Part shown: positions 47,347-57,643 of the stretch, in pieces
Layout: each line of letters starts with the position of its first letter
Numbering within the stretch: position 1 is the first letter of the stretch
Origin: Paludibacter sp.
GTDB lineage: Bacteria; Bacteroidota; Bacteroidia; Bacteroidales; Paludibacteraceae
DNA: 64,000 bases
Direction of reading: 5' to 3'
Assembly: GCA_047600405.1 (NCBI GenBank)
Contig: JASGLA010000009.1
Coordinates: forward strand, 14,416-78,415
Translations under genes and position numbers: made by a program
The notes under the pieces: generated by a model
Told to the model about the DNA's origin: nothing
What the model saw: only the letters and a program-made list of their open reading frames with translations
Databases searched by the model: none

Positions 47347-48099
47347 TTATGAAAATAACAAACCTCCATTAATATCAATATTAGTTCCTGTCAGATAATC
47401 TGATTCTGCACAAGCAAGGAAAGTAACCAAATCAGCAACATCAGCTGAGTCACCTTCCCGGCGAAGTGGATAAATCCCTTTCATGCGTTCGCGGTTTTCA
47501 GGTGTGTTGAAGCGATCGTGGAATGATGTTGCAATGGTTCCCGGAGCAAGCGCGTTTACACGAATTCCTTTTGGCCCGAGTTCTTTAGCCATTGAACGTG
47601 TAAATGTCATTACAGCCCCTTTAGCAGTGGCATACAACGATGCTCCCGGTCCACCTCCATCGCGGGCTGCAAGCGATGAAAAGTTCACAATCGATGAGTT
47701 TGCAGGCATATATGGTACTGCTTCACGAGTGCAAAGCCAGCAACTTTTCATATTTACATCCATCAGGAAATTGTACCAATCCTCGTTTTGTTCTGTAATT
47801 GTTTTTCTTCCTACAATTCCACCTACCACGTTTACTAAAATATGAATTTCATTACCAAAAGCTTTTATCGCTTCATCGAATACACGTTTTACATCAGCAG
47901 CTTTGGTCATATCGCCCTGTACAATTATTCCTTCTGAACCCGATTCCTGAACCATTTTTAATGTCTCTTTGGCATCATTAGAATTATCAAAATAGTTTAT
48001 TACAACTTTTGCTCCTTCTGAGGCTAATTTTACAGAGATTGCCCGTCCTAAATCACGCGCACCGCCGGTCACTACGGCTACTTTTCCATTACATTTCAT
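47347..48099 (-). CDS. SDR oxidoreductase, probable DEH reductase of alginate catabolism
   Basis: TGGARDLG, YATAK; end of the alginate cluster. Confidence 0.8.
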   Translation of the reverse strand: MKCNGKVAVVTGGARDLGRAISVKLASEGAKVVINYFDNSNDAKETLKMVQESGSEGIIVQGDMTKAADVKRVFDEAIKAFGNEIHILVNVVGGIVGRKTITEQNEDWYNFLMDVNMKSCWLCTREAVPYMPANSSIVNFSSLAARDGGGPGASLYATAKGAVMTFTRSMAKELGPKGIRVNALAPGTIATSFHDRFNTPENRERMKGIYPLRREGDSADVADLVTFLACAESDYLTGTNIDINGGLLFS

Positions 48100-48130
48100 A
48101 TATTATTGTTATTAAGTAAGATAATGTTTT

Positions 48131-49426
48131 TTATTTTTGTGTTTCTATTTTTCCTCCGAATAAATAAACTGAACCTATTGAAAGAGGAACTAAAATGGCT
48201 CCGAGTACGAAGAAAGGCAACCAGTTACCCCCTTTAGTCAGATACGGCACAAACAACATAGTTATGATCACTCCAAATGTTGCTGCTGCTCCACCCAAGC
48301 CGGCCATGGCACCAACTGTTTTTCCGCAATAGAAGTCGGATGCCAATGTTTGTATATTTCCAATGGCAAACTGGAATCCGCAAAGTATCAAAGCCATAAG
48401 TCCGATGGCTGCATACACATCAGATACAAATGCTGTGGCAATCAAAGCCGGAAGCATAATAACTCCTCCGATTATGAGAGCTGATTTTCGGGCATAGTTC
48501 ACAGTTCTTCCTTTCTTTATAATCTGCCCGGAATACCAACCACCTGTCAGACTTCCTATCATAGCTCCGACATAAGGGAACCAGGCAGTCATTCCGATAC
48601 TTTTAATGTCGAATTTATAGACGTCCAGTAGATAAATCGGAAGCCAGGCTACAAACATCCACCAAACCGGATCCAGAAAAAAACGACCCATTATTATGGA
48701 GTAGCTTTTTTTATTTTTCAGTAATTCCTTCCACGACTTTGCACGGTCATTTGTGACTTTACACTCAGGCTGGCCTTCCAGAATATATTTCTGTTCTTCA
48801 GTAGTGATCCAGGGGTGTTCTTGGGGCCCTTTTTTGTTGAGAATCAGCCAGGGAATGATCCACAATAATCCGAGGGCACCAACGACAACGAAGGTCATTT
48901 TCCAACCAAATGCCGCATAAAGCAAAGCAATGATGATAGGCGAAAAAATAGCTCCGATAGATGCTCCTGCACCAAATAACCCCTGGGCAAAAGCCCTTTC
49001 TTTTTGTGGAAACCATTCGGCATTGCTTTTGGTTGCTCCTGGCCACGGACCAGCTTCACCTAGTCCAAGTAATACCCTGAAAAATCCAAGCGATCCTAAT
49101 CCCCGAGCAAACGATGTGCATGCATCGGCCACTGCCCACAGCACCACCGAAACTACAAAGCCTTTGCGGGTACCAATTTTATCGTATAATTTCCCTGACA
49201 ACATTTGGCTGATGCCATAAGCGACCATGAAAAACATATAGATATACGAGTACAACTCTTTTGACCGTTGTGAGTATTCTTCGGCGGATAATCCCTTGGG
49301 GATTAAACCTAAGTCTCCGACAATTCCCTGCCACATGATGGCTAATGTATTTCTGTCCAAATAATTGATTATTGTTACCAACACAATCAGGCTGATTACC
49401 CACCATCTAAGTCCTTTAACTTTCAT
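48131..49426 (-). CDS. MFS hexuronate (ExuT-like) transporter
   Basis: RWWVISL...INYLDR, EWFPQKER, multiple TMs. Confidence 0.85.
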   Translation of the reverse strand: MKVKGLRWWVISLIVLVTIINYLDRNTLAIMWQGIVGDLGLIPKGLSAEEYSQRSKELYSYIYMFFMVAYGISQMLSGKLYDKIGTRKGFVVSVVLWAVADACTSFARGLGSLGFFRVLLGLGEAGPWPGATKSNAEWFPQKERAFAQGLFGAGASIGAIFSPIIIALLYAAFGWKMTFVVVGALGLLWIIPWLILNKKGPQEHPWITTEEQKYILEGQPECKVTNDRAKSWKELLKNKKSYSIIMGRFFLDPVWWMFVAWLPIYLLDVYKFDIKSIGMTAWFPYVGAMIGSLTGGWYSGQIIKKGRTVNYARKSALIIGGVIMLPALIATAFVSDVYAAIGLMALILCGFQFAIGNIQTLASDFYCGKTVGAMAGLGGAAATFGVIITMLFVPYLTKGGNWLPFFVLGAILVPLSIGSVYLFGGKIETQK

Positions 49427-49445
49427 TTGCTTGGCTATTAATCAG

Positions 49446-49790
49446 TTATTTGTTCAGAAAGTCATGACGAACCGGACTGAAGGTGTCAATTAGAATACCT
49501 TCTTCCAGGCAAACAGCTCCGTGTGGCACATCTGGTTCAATATAAAAGCAGTCACCAGCCGTCAATAGTCGTTTCTCCCCGTTAATCATCACTTCGAATT
49601 TGCCACTCACTACATAGCTGCTTTGCGAGTGAAAATGCTCATGAACATACCCGATAGCTCCCTTATCGAACCTAACCTTGACCAACATCAACTGTCCATC
49701 ATAACCCATTATTTGACGATGCAATCCTCCACCAACTTCTTCCCATGTAAGTTCGGCCCCAATTAAAAAATTTTCACTTTTTGTTTTCAT
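49446..49790 (-). CDS. kdgF: Cupin KdgF
   Basis: HEHFHSQ, PHG, DTFSPVRHDFL. Confidence 0.85.
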   Translation of the reverse strand: MKTKSENFLIGAELTWEEVGGGLHRQIMGYDGQLMLVKVRFDKGAIGYVHEHFHSQSSYVVSGKFEVMINGEKRLLTAGDCFYIEPDVPHGAVCLEEGILIDTFSPVRHDFLNK

Positions 49791-49792
49791 AC

Positions 49793-52003
49793 TTATTTTA
49801 TGTTATTGTAATCTGAGTAATAATAGTTTCCATTGAATAATATTTCTTTTCCAGCTATAATCGCCTTTCTTGACTTGGCGTTATCAAAATCCTTATTCAT
49901 GGTTATGAACAGTGAAGAATCGCCGTTTTTTGTTAGAATCTTTATAGCTGTATAGTCTACATTGTCTGCTAATACCTCAATATTTTTAATACTTGTTTCA
50001 AATCCAGAAGTTATTTCTTTTGATAAATCATATTGTCCGTGAGGTTCTATAAGCGAGACAAATGTATGGTTTTTTACATTTGGCTGGCGTAACATAAAGC
50101 AAGGGTCATTTCGTAGATTGAAATTCGGATCACCTGCACCAATGCGCGTATGAAAAAGTTCTGTACCTGAAGTGGTAAGTGAAGTAATGCTGTAAAACCG
50201 GTTTCCGTTAACCCAAGTGAAACAGGCATTTGGTTTATCCGTTGTTCCGGTAGCCTCCAGCCACAAATGTTGATAACCGTTTTTTAAGCCAAGTGGCTTT
50301 AATTCAGTAATATTTTTTTGATATTTGAAGTTGGTGGAAACCATTTGCCCTTTGTAGTAAAAAGGAAAATCAACTACATGTGCTGAATCTGAATTTACCC
50401 GGAAAACATCAATTACAAAAGGCAATTTAATCAGTTTGTTGTCTGAAACCAACGCAGTAGTTCTTTGTAATTCTACTCCTTTGTATGCGTTTTTCTCAAT
50501 GCCCGATATTATTTGGACGTTAGGGTTTGATAAACTGCAGTATTGAATGTCGGAATGATTCTTTGATGACACTTTTATATCGCCATTGAAATCACTTTTT
50601 TCATCCACTGTAACAGTGTTGTGAGCTATAGTCTGAGCTGCAAAAGAGTGATTCTCTTTGGTATAACCTCCGCCGGATTTAGGTTCAATATTTAAGAACC
50701 TGGCCGCTCCATAATCAGATAAAATGTCATTTCCATTGTCATACAGTGCAATGGAAAGTTTATCGTAGTGTCCGTGCGAGAGTCCATGGGAAGTGGCTTT
50801 GAATGTCAGGCATGTTTGTTTATTAGCTTCTCCGGTTCTCAGTATTGCAATTCCACCTTCATTGCCTTTGGCTCCATCGTGCAGCAGAATAGATTTATAT
50901 TGAAATGTTTTTTGTTCTTTTTGGTATAATGCCTTTGCAGTTGCCAATCCGGCATCCGATACAATAAAAGCTCTTTGCTGGCGGGCAATGTCGAGTAATT
51001 GTTTATTCGCAGGGTTGTTTTTATAAGCAATATCCACAGCATACACAATTTCCTGAGTTTGATATGTTTTCAGCAAAGCATCATTCATAAAAAAGATTTC
51101 CCCGTTATAAGCACATTGGAGCAGGGTGTTTACAGCTTTCTGTAAAATGTTATCTCGGTAACTAAAAATTTTTAATTCCGGTTGCTGATTTTGAATAACC
51201 TGAGCAAAAGTCATAAAAGGCCAAATGGAATAACGCTGATAATAAGGGCCTTCAGTAAAATAGCCATCCGGTGAGAAGAGCACATCCAACTGGCGGATAA
51301 AACCTGTTTTCCCATCTTTGTTTGAACCATACAATGCTTTTGAAACCAGTTCTTTATCGCCCATAACATATCCGATCATTCCGACAGCCGAAGTAGCCCA
51401 GGTTCCATGATTATGCATTTTGTTGAATACGGCGTAGTTTTCCGGATTCCCGTTTGAAATAAATTCAGCCATGGGGTAAAAAAGATTTTTCTCTACAAAT
51501 TGGCGATCATTTTTGCTCATAAAATCATAAACACAATCGTATGCATTGGCAGTGTGCACCAACCAAACAGCATCATTCAGCGTTTGCCAGAAAAGCCTTC
51601 CAGGGGTTTCCGAATTTGCCGCCGGATGAGTTCCCAGACTAGGGTAAAGTGCAGCATATTTGAGCAACATGCTATTCACAAACTGAGCATATTTTTTATT
51701 ACCGCTCAGCTGATACATGATACCTGCCGCATTCATTTCGTAGTAATTGTTTTTATGCTTTTCATGCGTATAGCCGCCGCCGCCATCTTTTGGTACAGGA
51801 ACTTCAATTTCTTTTGTCAGGGCATTGTCAGCCAATTGTTTTAGTTCATTGTACGATTTGTCGAAAGTCTGGTATTTTCCTAATGATGTCCTAATTTCTT
51901 TCACTCCTGTGGATGTCAGAAATAATCCCGGATGTTGCCCGGCCAGGACTGTAAATAATGAAAATGTCAGTATGACAGTAGCTATCAACTTTTTAAGTGT
52001 CAT
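49793..52003 (-). CDS. PL17 oligo-alginate lyase (heparinase II/III C-terminal domain)
   Basis: GGGYTHEKHK, LFWQTLND, HNHGTW, EGPYYQRY, HGHYDKL. Confidence 0.88.
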   Translation of the reverse strand: MTLKKLIATVILTFSLFTVLAGQHPGLFLTSTGVKEIRTSLGKYQTFDKSYNELKQLADNALTKEIEVPVPKDGGGGYTHEKHKNNYYEMNAAGIMYQLSGNKKYAQFVNSMLLKYAALYPSLGTHPAANSETPGRLFWQTLNDAVWLVHTANAYDCVYDFMSKNDRQFVEKNLFYPMAEFISNGNPENYAVFNKMHNHGTWATSAVGMIGYVMGDKELVSKALYGSNKDGKTGFIRQLDVLFSPDGYFTEGPYYQRYSIWPFMTFAQVIQNQQPELKIFSYRDNILQKAVNTLLQCAYNGEIFFMNDALLKTYQTQEIVYAVDIAYKNNPANKQLLDIARQQRAFIVSDAGLATAKALYQKEQKTFQYKSILLHDGAKGNEGGIAILRTGEANKQTCLTFKATSHGLSHGHYDKLSIALYDNGNDILSDYGAARFLNIEPKSGGGYTKENHSFAAQTIAHNTVTVDEKSDFNGDIKVSSKNHSDIQYCSLSNPNVQIISGIEKNAYKGVELQRTTALVSDNKLIKLPFVIDVFRVNSDSAHVVDFPFYYKGQMVSTNFKYQKNITELKPLGLKNGYQHLWLEATGTTDKPNACFTWVNGNRFYSITSLTTSGTELFHTRIGAGDPNFNLRNDPCFMLRQPNVKNHTFVSLIEPHGQYDLSKEITSGFETSIKNIEVLADNVDYTAIKILTKNGDSSLFITMNKDFDNAKSRKAIIAGKEILFNGNYYYSDYNNIK

Positions 52004-52033
52004 CGGTTTTTGTTTTGAGAATTAATCCTTATT

Positions 52034-53749
52034 TTATTGTACTAATATCTTTGATGTTTTTTTGTCTCCACTCAGGCCAATGAGATTGACAATGTAAAGT
52101 CCATTACTCAATGTTTGGCTTGTATAAGGTTCATTGACCAGATTCTTCTGGCTTATAATTTGTCCGGATATGTTAGAGACAGACAATTGTCCGGAGATTA
52201 AAGTTTTTATGCGAATTTTTTTGTTTGATAATGATAAGTCTAAAGGTTGTTGAAGAACAGCTTCAATTCCGGTTGATGTATTGTACAAAAAGGCTGCACC
52301 GACGTTATTTTTAGCAGGCATCGTTTTTGAAATACTTCCGGAGATCTGGCTTGCACCCGGAACTTTCGCTGTTGTTCCACGGCTACGTCCCCGGATGTCA
52401 AGCAGCACATCGCTGTATTCTGTGGTAACGTAGTTTAGTAATGTTGAACCTGCTCCCGGCTCGTACATCCCGATACTTGTTGTGGTCAATGCCATTTTTG
52501 CATCCTTGCCTGTTACAACCTGTGTTGACTTATAACTAAAATCAGTGTATTTGCCCTGATTCATAAGATTGTTTTTCCATGTTATGCCTATTGCTGCCAC
52601 ATTCGTTTGGTCAACAATCACATTGTAATTGGATGTTCCGGAGTTATAAACGTGGTTATGAGCAATTGTGGTTCCAATAGGAGGTAAACTGCAAGTGCTG
52701 CTAGTATTGTAATTAATGTTAAATGCTTCGGTGCAATCAACCATTGTGTTAAAGGCCACCATGGTGTTTTTCACCTGAAAATACTCGTTTAAAGTTGAAT
52801 TTTCTTTCCCTCTTACAATGCAGAGTGCTGCCCTGTAGTCAGTTCCTTTTAGTTTTTCAAAATAGTTGTTATACACTTTGTGATTCTCGCCGATTATACG
52901 TACACCACCGCATTCAGCCACATTGTTTCCAAAGAAATAATTGCCGTTTACCGTACAGCCGTTTCCATGCCGAAGGGTAAGCGCACCTTTACATTCCAGA
53001 AACAGGTTGTTAGTGTACACATTTCCACACGATTTGTTAGATACAATCTCCATTTCGCCATTACATTTTTCAAAGAAATTTCCGGATAACGTAACGTTAG
53101 CAGTTGTCATAGATGTACCGCTGTCGCCAATCCGAATTATTTCCTGCCCGTTTAATTCTTTCCCGTTTACATCCAGAATAGGGTTTCTGTGACCGAAGTA
53201 ATTGTTCGAAATCGTGTGATTTGCCGATGTGCCACTTGTTAGCCAAACTACCAGCAATGTACCCATATTGGTTTTGTTTTCGAACGAACAATGCTCCACA
53301 GTATTATTTTGTCCGTATACCGAAACCCACTTACTTGTGTCTGTGGTATTATTAATCGGGTTACAATTAATGATTGCTGTGTTTTTTAAAGTACAATTAT
53401 TGGCTGCTACGTTTGTTCTGAATTCAATTATTGGATTGGTGGCTAAATTGCCATTTAGAAAGTATAAACCGGAAACGACAACATAATTACCTCCAACCGA
53501 TATACGCGATGTACCATTTAAAATAACTGATCCGGCGGTTTCGGCAAGTAAGACTACAGGATTTGCAGAATTTCCAGTGGCCGTAAGCGAAATGGTTTGA
53601 TTGTTCCAAATGCCATTTTTCATGATAATAGTATCGCCGGCACGCCAATTTCCTGCATTAATAGCACTTGCAGTTGACACGTTTACACGCGCAGCATTTA
53701 CCGTTAGGCTATATAAAATAAAGAGAAATATGAATCCGGTTGCTTTCAT
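52034..53749 (-). CDS. PL6 alginate lyase with T9SS C-terminal domain
   Basis: EIIRIGDS, EIVSNKS, LTLRHG, GGVRIIGENH; CTD GLYIV...KILVQ. Confidence 0.85.
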   Translation of the reverse strand: MKATGFIFLFILYSLTVNAARVNVSTASAINAGNWRAGDTIIMKNGIWNNQTISLTATGNSANPVVLLAETAGSVILNGTSRISVGGNYVVVSGLYFLNGNLATNPIIEFRTNVAANNCTLKNTAIINCNPINNTTDTSKWVSVYGQNNTVEHCSFENKTNMGTLLVVWLTSGTSANHTISNNYFGHRNPILDVNGKELNGQEIIRIGDSGTSMTTANVTLSGNFFEKCNGEMEIVSNKSCGNVYTNNLFLECKGALTLRHGNGCTVNGNYFFGNNVAECGGVRIIGENHKVYNNYFEKLKGTDYRAALCIVRGKENSTLNEYFQVKNTMVAFNTMVDCTEAFNINYNTSSTCSLPPIGTTIAHNHVYNSGTSNYNVIVDQTNVAAIGITWKNNLMNQGKYTDFSYKSTQVVTGKDAKMALTTTSIGMYEPGAGSTLLNYVTTEYSDVLLDIRGRSRGTTAKVPGASQISGSISKTMPAKNNVGAAFLYNTSTGIEAVLQQPLDLSLSNKKIRIKTLISGQLSVSNISGQIISQKNLVNEPYTSQTLSNGLYIVNLIGLSGDKKTSKILVQ

Positions 53750-53846
53750 GTTTTTTGTTGGATTGCGGACAAGTGCTTATTCTGCCTGCCCGCATTTTGA
53801 TTTTGACAAAATTTAAATTGAATTTTTAGTCTGTGCTTTGGACAGA

Positions 53847-54876
53847 TTAGTTTATCAGAACTTTTGAAGAACTAATCTTTCCATTATTGCTGATGAATCG
53901 AACAAGGTATAAACCTTTCTGTAACGAAGTTTCCAGTTTCCCATTCGTTAATGATGCAAGTACTTCTATTCCGGCTAAATCATAGACTTTCAGGCTTCCT
54001 GCTTCGTTTGTGATTATGGAATTGCCATTGGCTGCTATATTGATAGGATTGCTTGTCGGATTATTTACAGCAGAGTTTATACCCAATAATACAGAATCCC
54101 ATGATTTTCCAACCCTTATGCCCCCAATTTGGGCACCTGTACCACGTTGCCGAAGGTTAATACGCAACGAAGTTGTCACTGAGTAGTCAGTAGCAACATT
54201 CTGTTGCTACAATTTTATTTGTTTGTTGTGTTTCTGTTAAAGATAAATCGGGGTCAATATATAATGTAACAATATCATTGTCAGATCCAGCTACAGACTC
54301 GTAAGTGCAAACAAGCAAGTGGTTTACTCCAACTCCGTTAGCTAAAGGAGCTGATTCAATGTAGATGCCGCTGGTCGATGAATTTTTCGAGATTGCAAAA
54401 GTTATATCTGTTCCTCCTGTATTAAGTTTCGCAAAAAAGCGTCCTCTGGTCATACTCGAAGTTTTTGATCCTTCAAACGTGAAAAAATCACGCTGGCTTC
54501 TGGAACTATGGTTTGAAAAGTTAATCATGAAAGCTGTGTAGATTTTTTGCCCTTCAACGGGTTTCAGTGAATCACCATTTGCAAAGACAATGGCTCTGGT
54601 TGAGATTCTTTGAGATGTACTGCTTATTCCAACTGTTGAGTCCAACACAGCCACATTGCCTATATTCGAGCCGGCATATCCGTTATAAAATAAAGCACCT
54701 TCAGCAATTTTAGGACTTACACCCAAATTGTCTGTAGATTTAAGACTTACGTACCAGTTGTTATATCCTTCCACATTGCCACCACTGGTTGCAGTAGCAA
54801 AGTTTTCAACAAGTACCTGAGCACTCAAAGTCCAGGCAGAGGAACACAAAACAAAGAGTAAAAATAGCTTCTTCAT
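53847..54876 (-). pseudogene. T9SS-secreted beta-sandwich protein split by a +1 frameshift near 54200
   Basis: Removing one A joins ...IVAT-D-VATDYSVTTSLRINLRQRG...; ends in a CTD. Confidence 0.7.
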
Positions 54877-54897
54877 AATATTAATTTTTTGATGAGT

Positions 54898-56070
54898 TTA
54901 ATAAAGTAATGCATTATTATCTTTTTGTAAGTTGCTTAATGCTGTGTTGTATAGATTTTTATAAGTAGGGGATGGTAAAAAATTATCAGCGCGATACAGT
55001 TGCCAACAGAGCTCTTTTTGAACTTTGTCCCATTCTTTTATTTGCTTATATGGAAAATCTTCAACGGTTTTCCCGACAAATGGTACTAAAAAATCAATTG
55101 CCTTTGAGATACTTCGTCCATCAGCCGATTTTACATTGTATAAATCTATGTTTAACGATTTGGCAATACAGCACATATCCAGAAAATGGGAGATATTGAA
55201 TACAGAGTAGCCCAAAGCAGTGGTTCGAGCCAGTTCAAGTGGTTGAGCTCCATTCGGTTCAATTTGTTTGAACAGCCTGCGTTCCGGGAATTTATTAATC
55301 ATTTGCTTTGCTATCTCTTCATTGCCCACAAATAATGCATATCTAGCTACCTGAACATCGTAGGCAACTCCATGATTATTTTTCGCTTCAAATTCTTCTT
55401 TTCCTATTGACGAAGTTTGCAGCCAGTTCAGATATTCGGTAAACCAATCATTCAAAGCTTTTCGATCATTTTTTGTGAAAGTTGCAGACTTTTTAAGAAG
55501 CTCAATTGCATCAAGCATTTCAACAAAAGAATATGTATCCAAAATACCTTCTCCACGGCCTTTCCCATTCAGATGACCCGGGATAGTTTGACCGAAATTC
55601 ATATTCGGATTCATTTTTGTGTTTTTTTCAATAAACCAAATGCGCAGATTGTCAACTGCTTTAGCTGCATATTTATTATTTCCCGTTAAATAAAATGCCA
55701 ACGAAAGCGTATAGACATTGCGGGTGAACTTAGCCAAAGGAATTCTGTCAAGTTTGTCAATTTCAGGATTTACTTCACCATCTTTTCTTACGTATGGCAA
55801 GCCATCGGAAGTATTGGGATTGGGCCACCAGTAACGTCCCATGCTCATGTAATCATGTTTGTCACCACTGGGCGGTGTCATTGGCTTGTCTACCACTGTA
55901 ACAAGTGATGTTGCCAGGTTTTTATCTGCTTCACGAATAATGGCTTTGGATGCTTCAGTAGGTGAAACCCGCGCGTTTTCTATGTTTTTCAAATTCCATA
56001 TTTTGGGCTGGGCGTATACCAGAAGTCCAAAGAAGAATATAAGGCTTAATAAGAATGATTTTTTTCTCAT
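54898..56070 (-). CDS. Alginate lyase family protein (PL38-like)
   Basis: SGDKHDYMSMGRYWWP, NNHG, QPLELART. Confidence 0.8.
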   Translation of the reverse strand: MRKKSFLLSLIFFFGLLVYAQPKIWNLKNIENARVSPTEASKAIIREADKNLATSLVTVVDKPMTPPSGDKHDYMSMGRYWWPNPNTSDGLPYVRKDGEVNPEIDKLDRIPLAKFTRNVYTLSLAFYLTGNNKYAAKAVDNLRIWFIEKNTKMNPNMNFGQTIPGHLNGKGRGEGILDTYSFVEMLDAIELLKKSATFTKNDRKALNDWFTEYLNWLQTSSIGKEEFEAKNNHGVAYDVQVARYALFVGNEEIAKQMINKFPERRLFKQIEPNGAQPLELARTTALGYSVFNISHFLDMCCIAKSLNIDLYNVKSADGRSISKAIDFLVPFVGKTVEDFPYKQIKEWDKVQKELCWQLYRADNFLPSPTYKNLYNTALSNLQKDNNALLY

Positions 56071-56089
56071 TTTTTTGAAAATTATTTTA

Positions 56090-57643
56090 TTAGTAGTTGG
56101 GAGTCAGAACGTCATGTGATAGCAACGTGAAATTATCAGTTCTGAAAGGACTGGCAGGAAAACCTGCTTTGTTCGTCAGATTGGCATTTGTCCAGTTTGC
56201 CCACCCATAACGCACGGCTATTGGTTTCGAAACATTTGTTGAAGATACTATTATTTGATTGTTGATAATTTCAGCTTTGGCCGGAACAAATTTTTGGTCT
56301 TCACCGCAGATCGTAAATCCCTTCAGCTCTCCATTGGCAATTAAACCATCATAGACAAAATCGAATGTAAGAACTGCTTTGTTGCTTTCAAATTTTACCG
56401 ATTTAAAGACAGGACCCGAATAAGGAACTGGCTGTTTGTAGGTTTCATGGAAAGCAATAGCTGCTAAACGCTCGCCCACCGGCTTTTTATTTGTGGGATG
56501 AATAGTGTTTTTTTCTCCGGCATCCAACGAAACTGCCATACCCGTATTTTTTACTTTTTGCCATGTAAGCAGCTGTGCTTCCCGAAGTTCAGCCCACATA
56601 GGACGATTGCCATAAGCAGGATGATCATAATTGGCTAACTGGACAAAGTAAAAAGGCATTTGGGGATTTTTAAAATCTTTACGCCATTCGTTAATTAAAG
56701 CCGGAAAAAGTGTTTGATATTGCTCGGACCGTGGCGCATTTGCTTCGCCCTGATACCAGATAACACCCTGAGCCGAATAAGGGATAATTCGTTTAAACAT
56801 CGTATTATAAAGTCCGAAAGGCCTTTTGTAATGTTTTTCACCCATCGGTTCTTCCGGGCGGGTAGCATTTGCAAACCCGGATTTGATAGAATCGAAATAT
56901 ACTTTTAGTTTTGTTTCGTATGTGTTATACAACTGGTCATATTTCTCTTTCCCCAGCAGGATTTGGTAATTTTCGTAATTTGTGACAATCGGGATATGTT
57001 TTTTTTGTTGCATTAATGTTTCCCTATTCATCCAAACTTCGGCAGCTGTACCGCCTTTGTAACAGCAAATCAAACCTACCGGTACTCCCAGTTTTTGTTG
57101 CAGGGATTTTGCAAAAAAGTAAGCTACTCCTGACAACTGCGATACATTTTCGGTGGTAGCGGTATGCCAGTTCATATCACCTCGCGTACGATCACCGTCA
57201 TAGGTAAGTGTAGGAACAAGTACGAACCTGATATTTTTATTCGAAGCCGTTGCAATTTCTTCCGATCCACCATTGGTTTTTTCCAGTGTCCATGCCATAT
57301 TCGATTGTCCTCCGGCTATCCATACCTCGCCCACGTATACTTCTTTAAGTTTTATCGTGTCGCCTTCTGAAATTACCGAAAAGGTGAAAGGCCCCCCCGG
57401 TTGAAGATTATTCAATGCTATTTCCCATTTTCCATCCGGATTTGCTTTCCCTTTGAATTCTTTTTGTTGAATGTTGATTGATATTTCTTTTGATGGAATT
57501 GCAGTGCCCCAAACCAATACTTTAGATTTTTGTTGCAGAACCATTCCTTCATTAAACAGTTCGTTAATCTTCAGTTGCTGAGCCTTTGCAGCGAAGGCTA
57601 AAGCCAGAACTGCAAACAGGAATATTTTTTTTCTAAACATCAT
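56090..57643 (-). CDS. Sialate O-acetylesterase-like (SASA) carbohydrate esterase
   Basis: GEVWIAGGQSNM, WYQGE, IHPTNK. Confidence 0.85.
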   Translation of the reverse strand: MMFRKKIFLFAVLALAFAAKAQQLKINELFNEGMVLQQKSKVLVWGTAIPSKEISINIQQKEFKGKANPDGKWEIALNNLQPGGPFTFSVISEGDTIKLKEVYVGEVWIAGGQSNMAWTLEKTNGGSEEIATASNKNIRFVLVPTLTYDGDRTRGDMNWHTATTENVSQLSGVAYFFAKSLQQKLGVPVGLICCYKGGTAAEVWMNRETLMQQKKHIPIVTNYENYQILLGKEKYDQLYNTYETKLKVYFDSIKSGFANATRPEEPMGEKHYKRPFGLYNTMFKRIIPYSAQGVIWYQGEANAPRSEQYQTLFPALINEWRKDFKNPQMPFYFVQLANYDHPAYGNRPMWAELREAQLLTWQKVKNTGMAVSLDAGEKNTIHPTNKKPVGERLAAIAFHETYKQPVPYSGPVFKSVKFESNKAVLTFDFVYDGLIANGELKGFTICGEDQKFVPAKAEIINNQIIVSSTNVSKPIAVRYGWANWTNANLTNKAGFPASPFRTDNFTLLSHDVLTPNY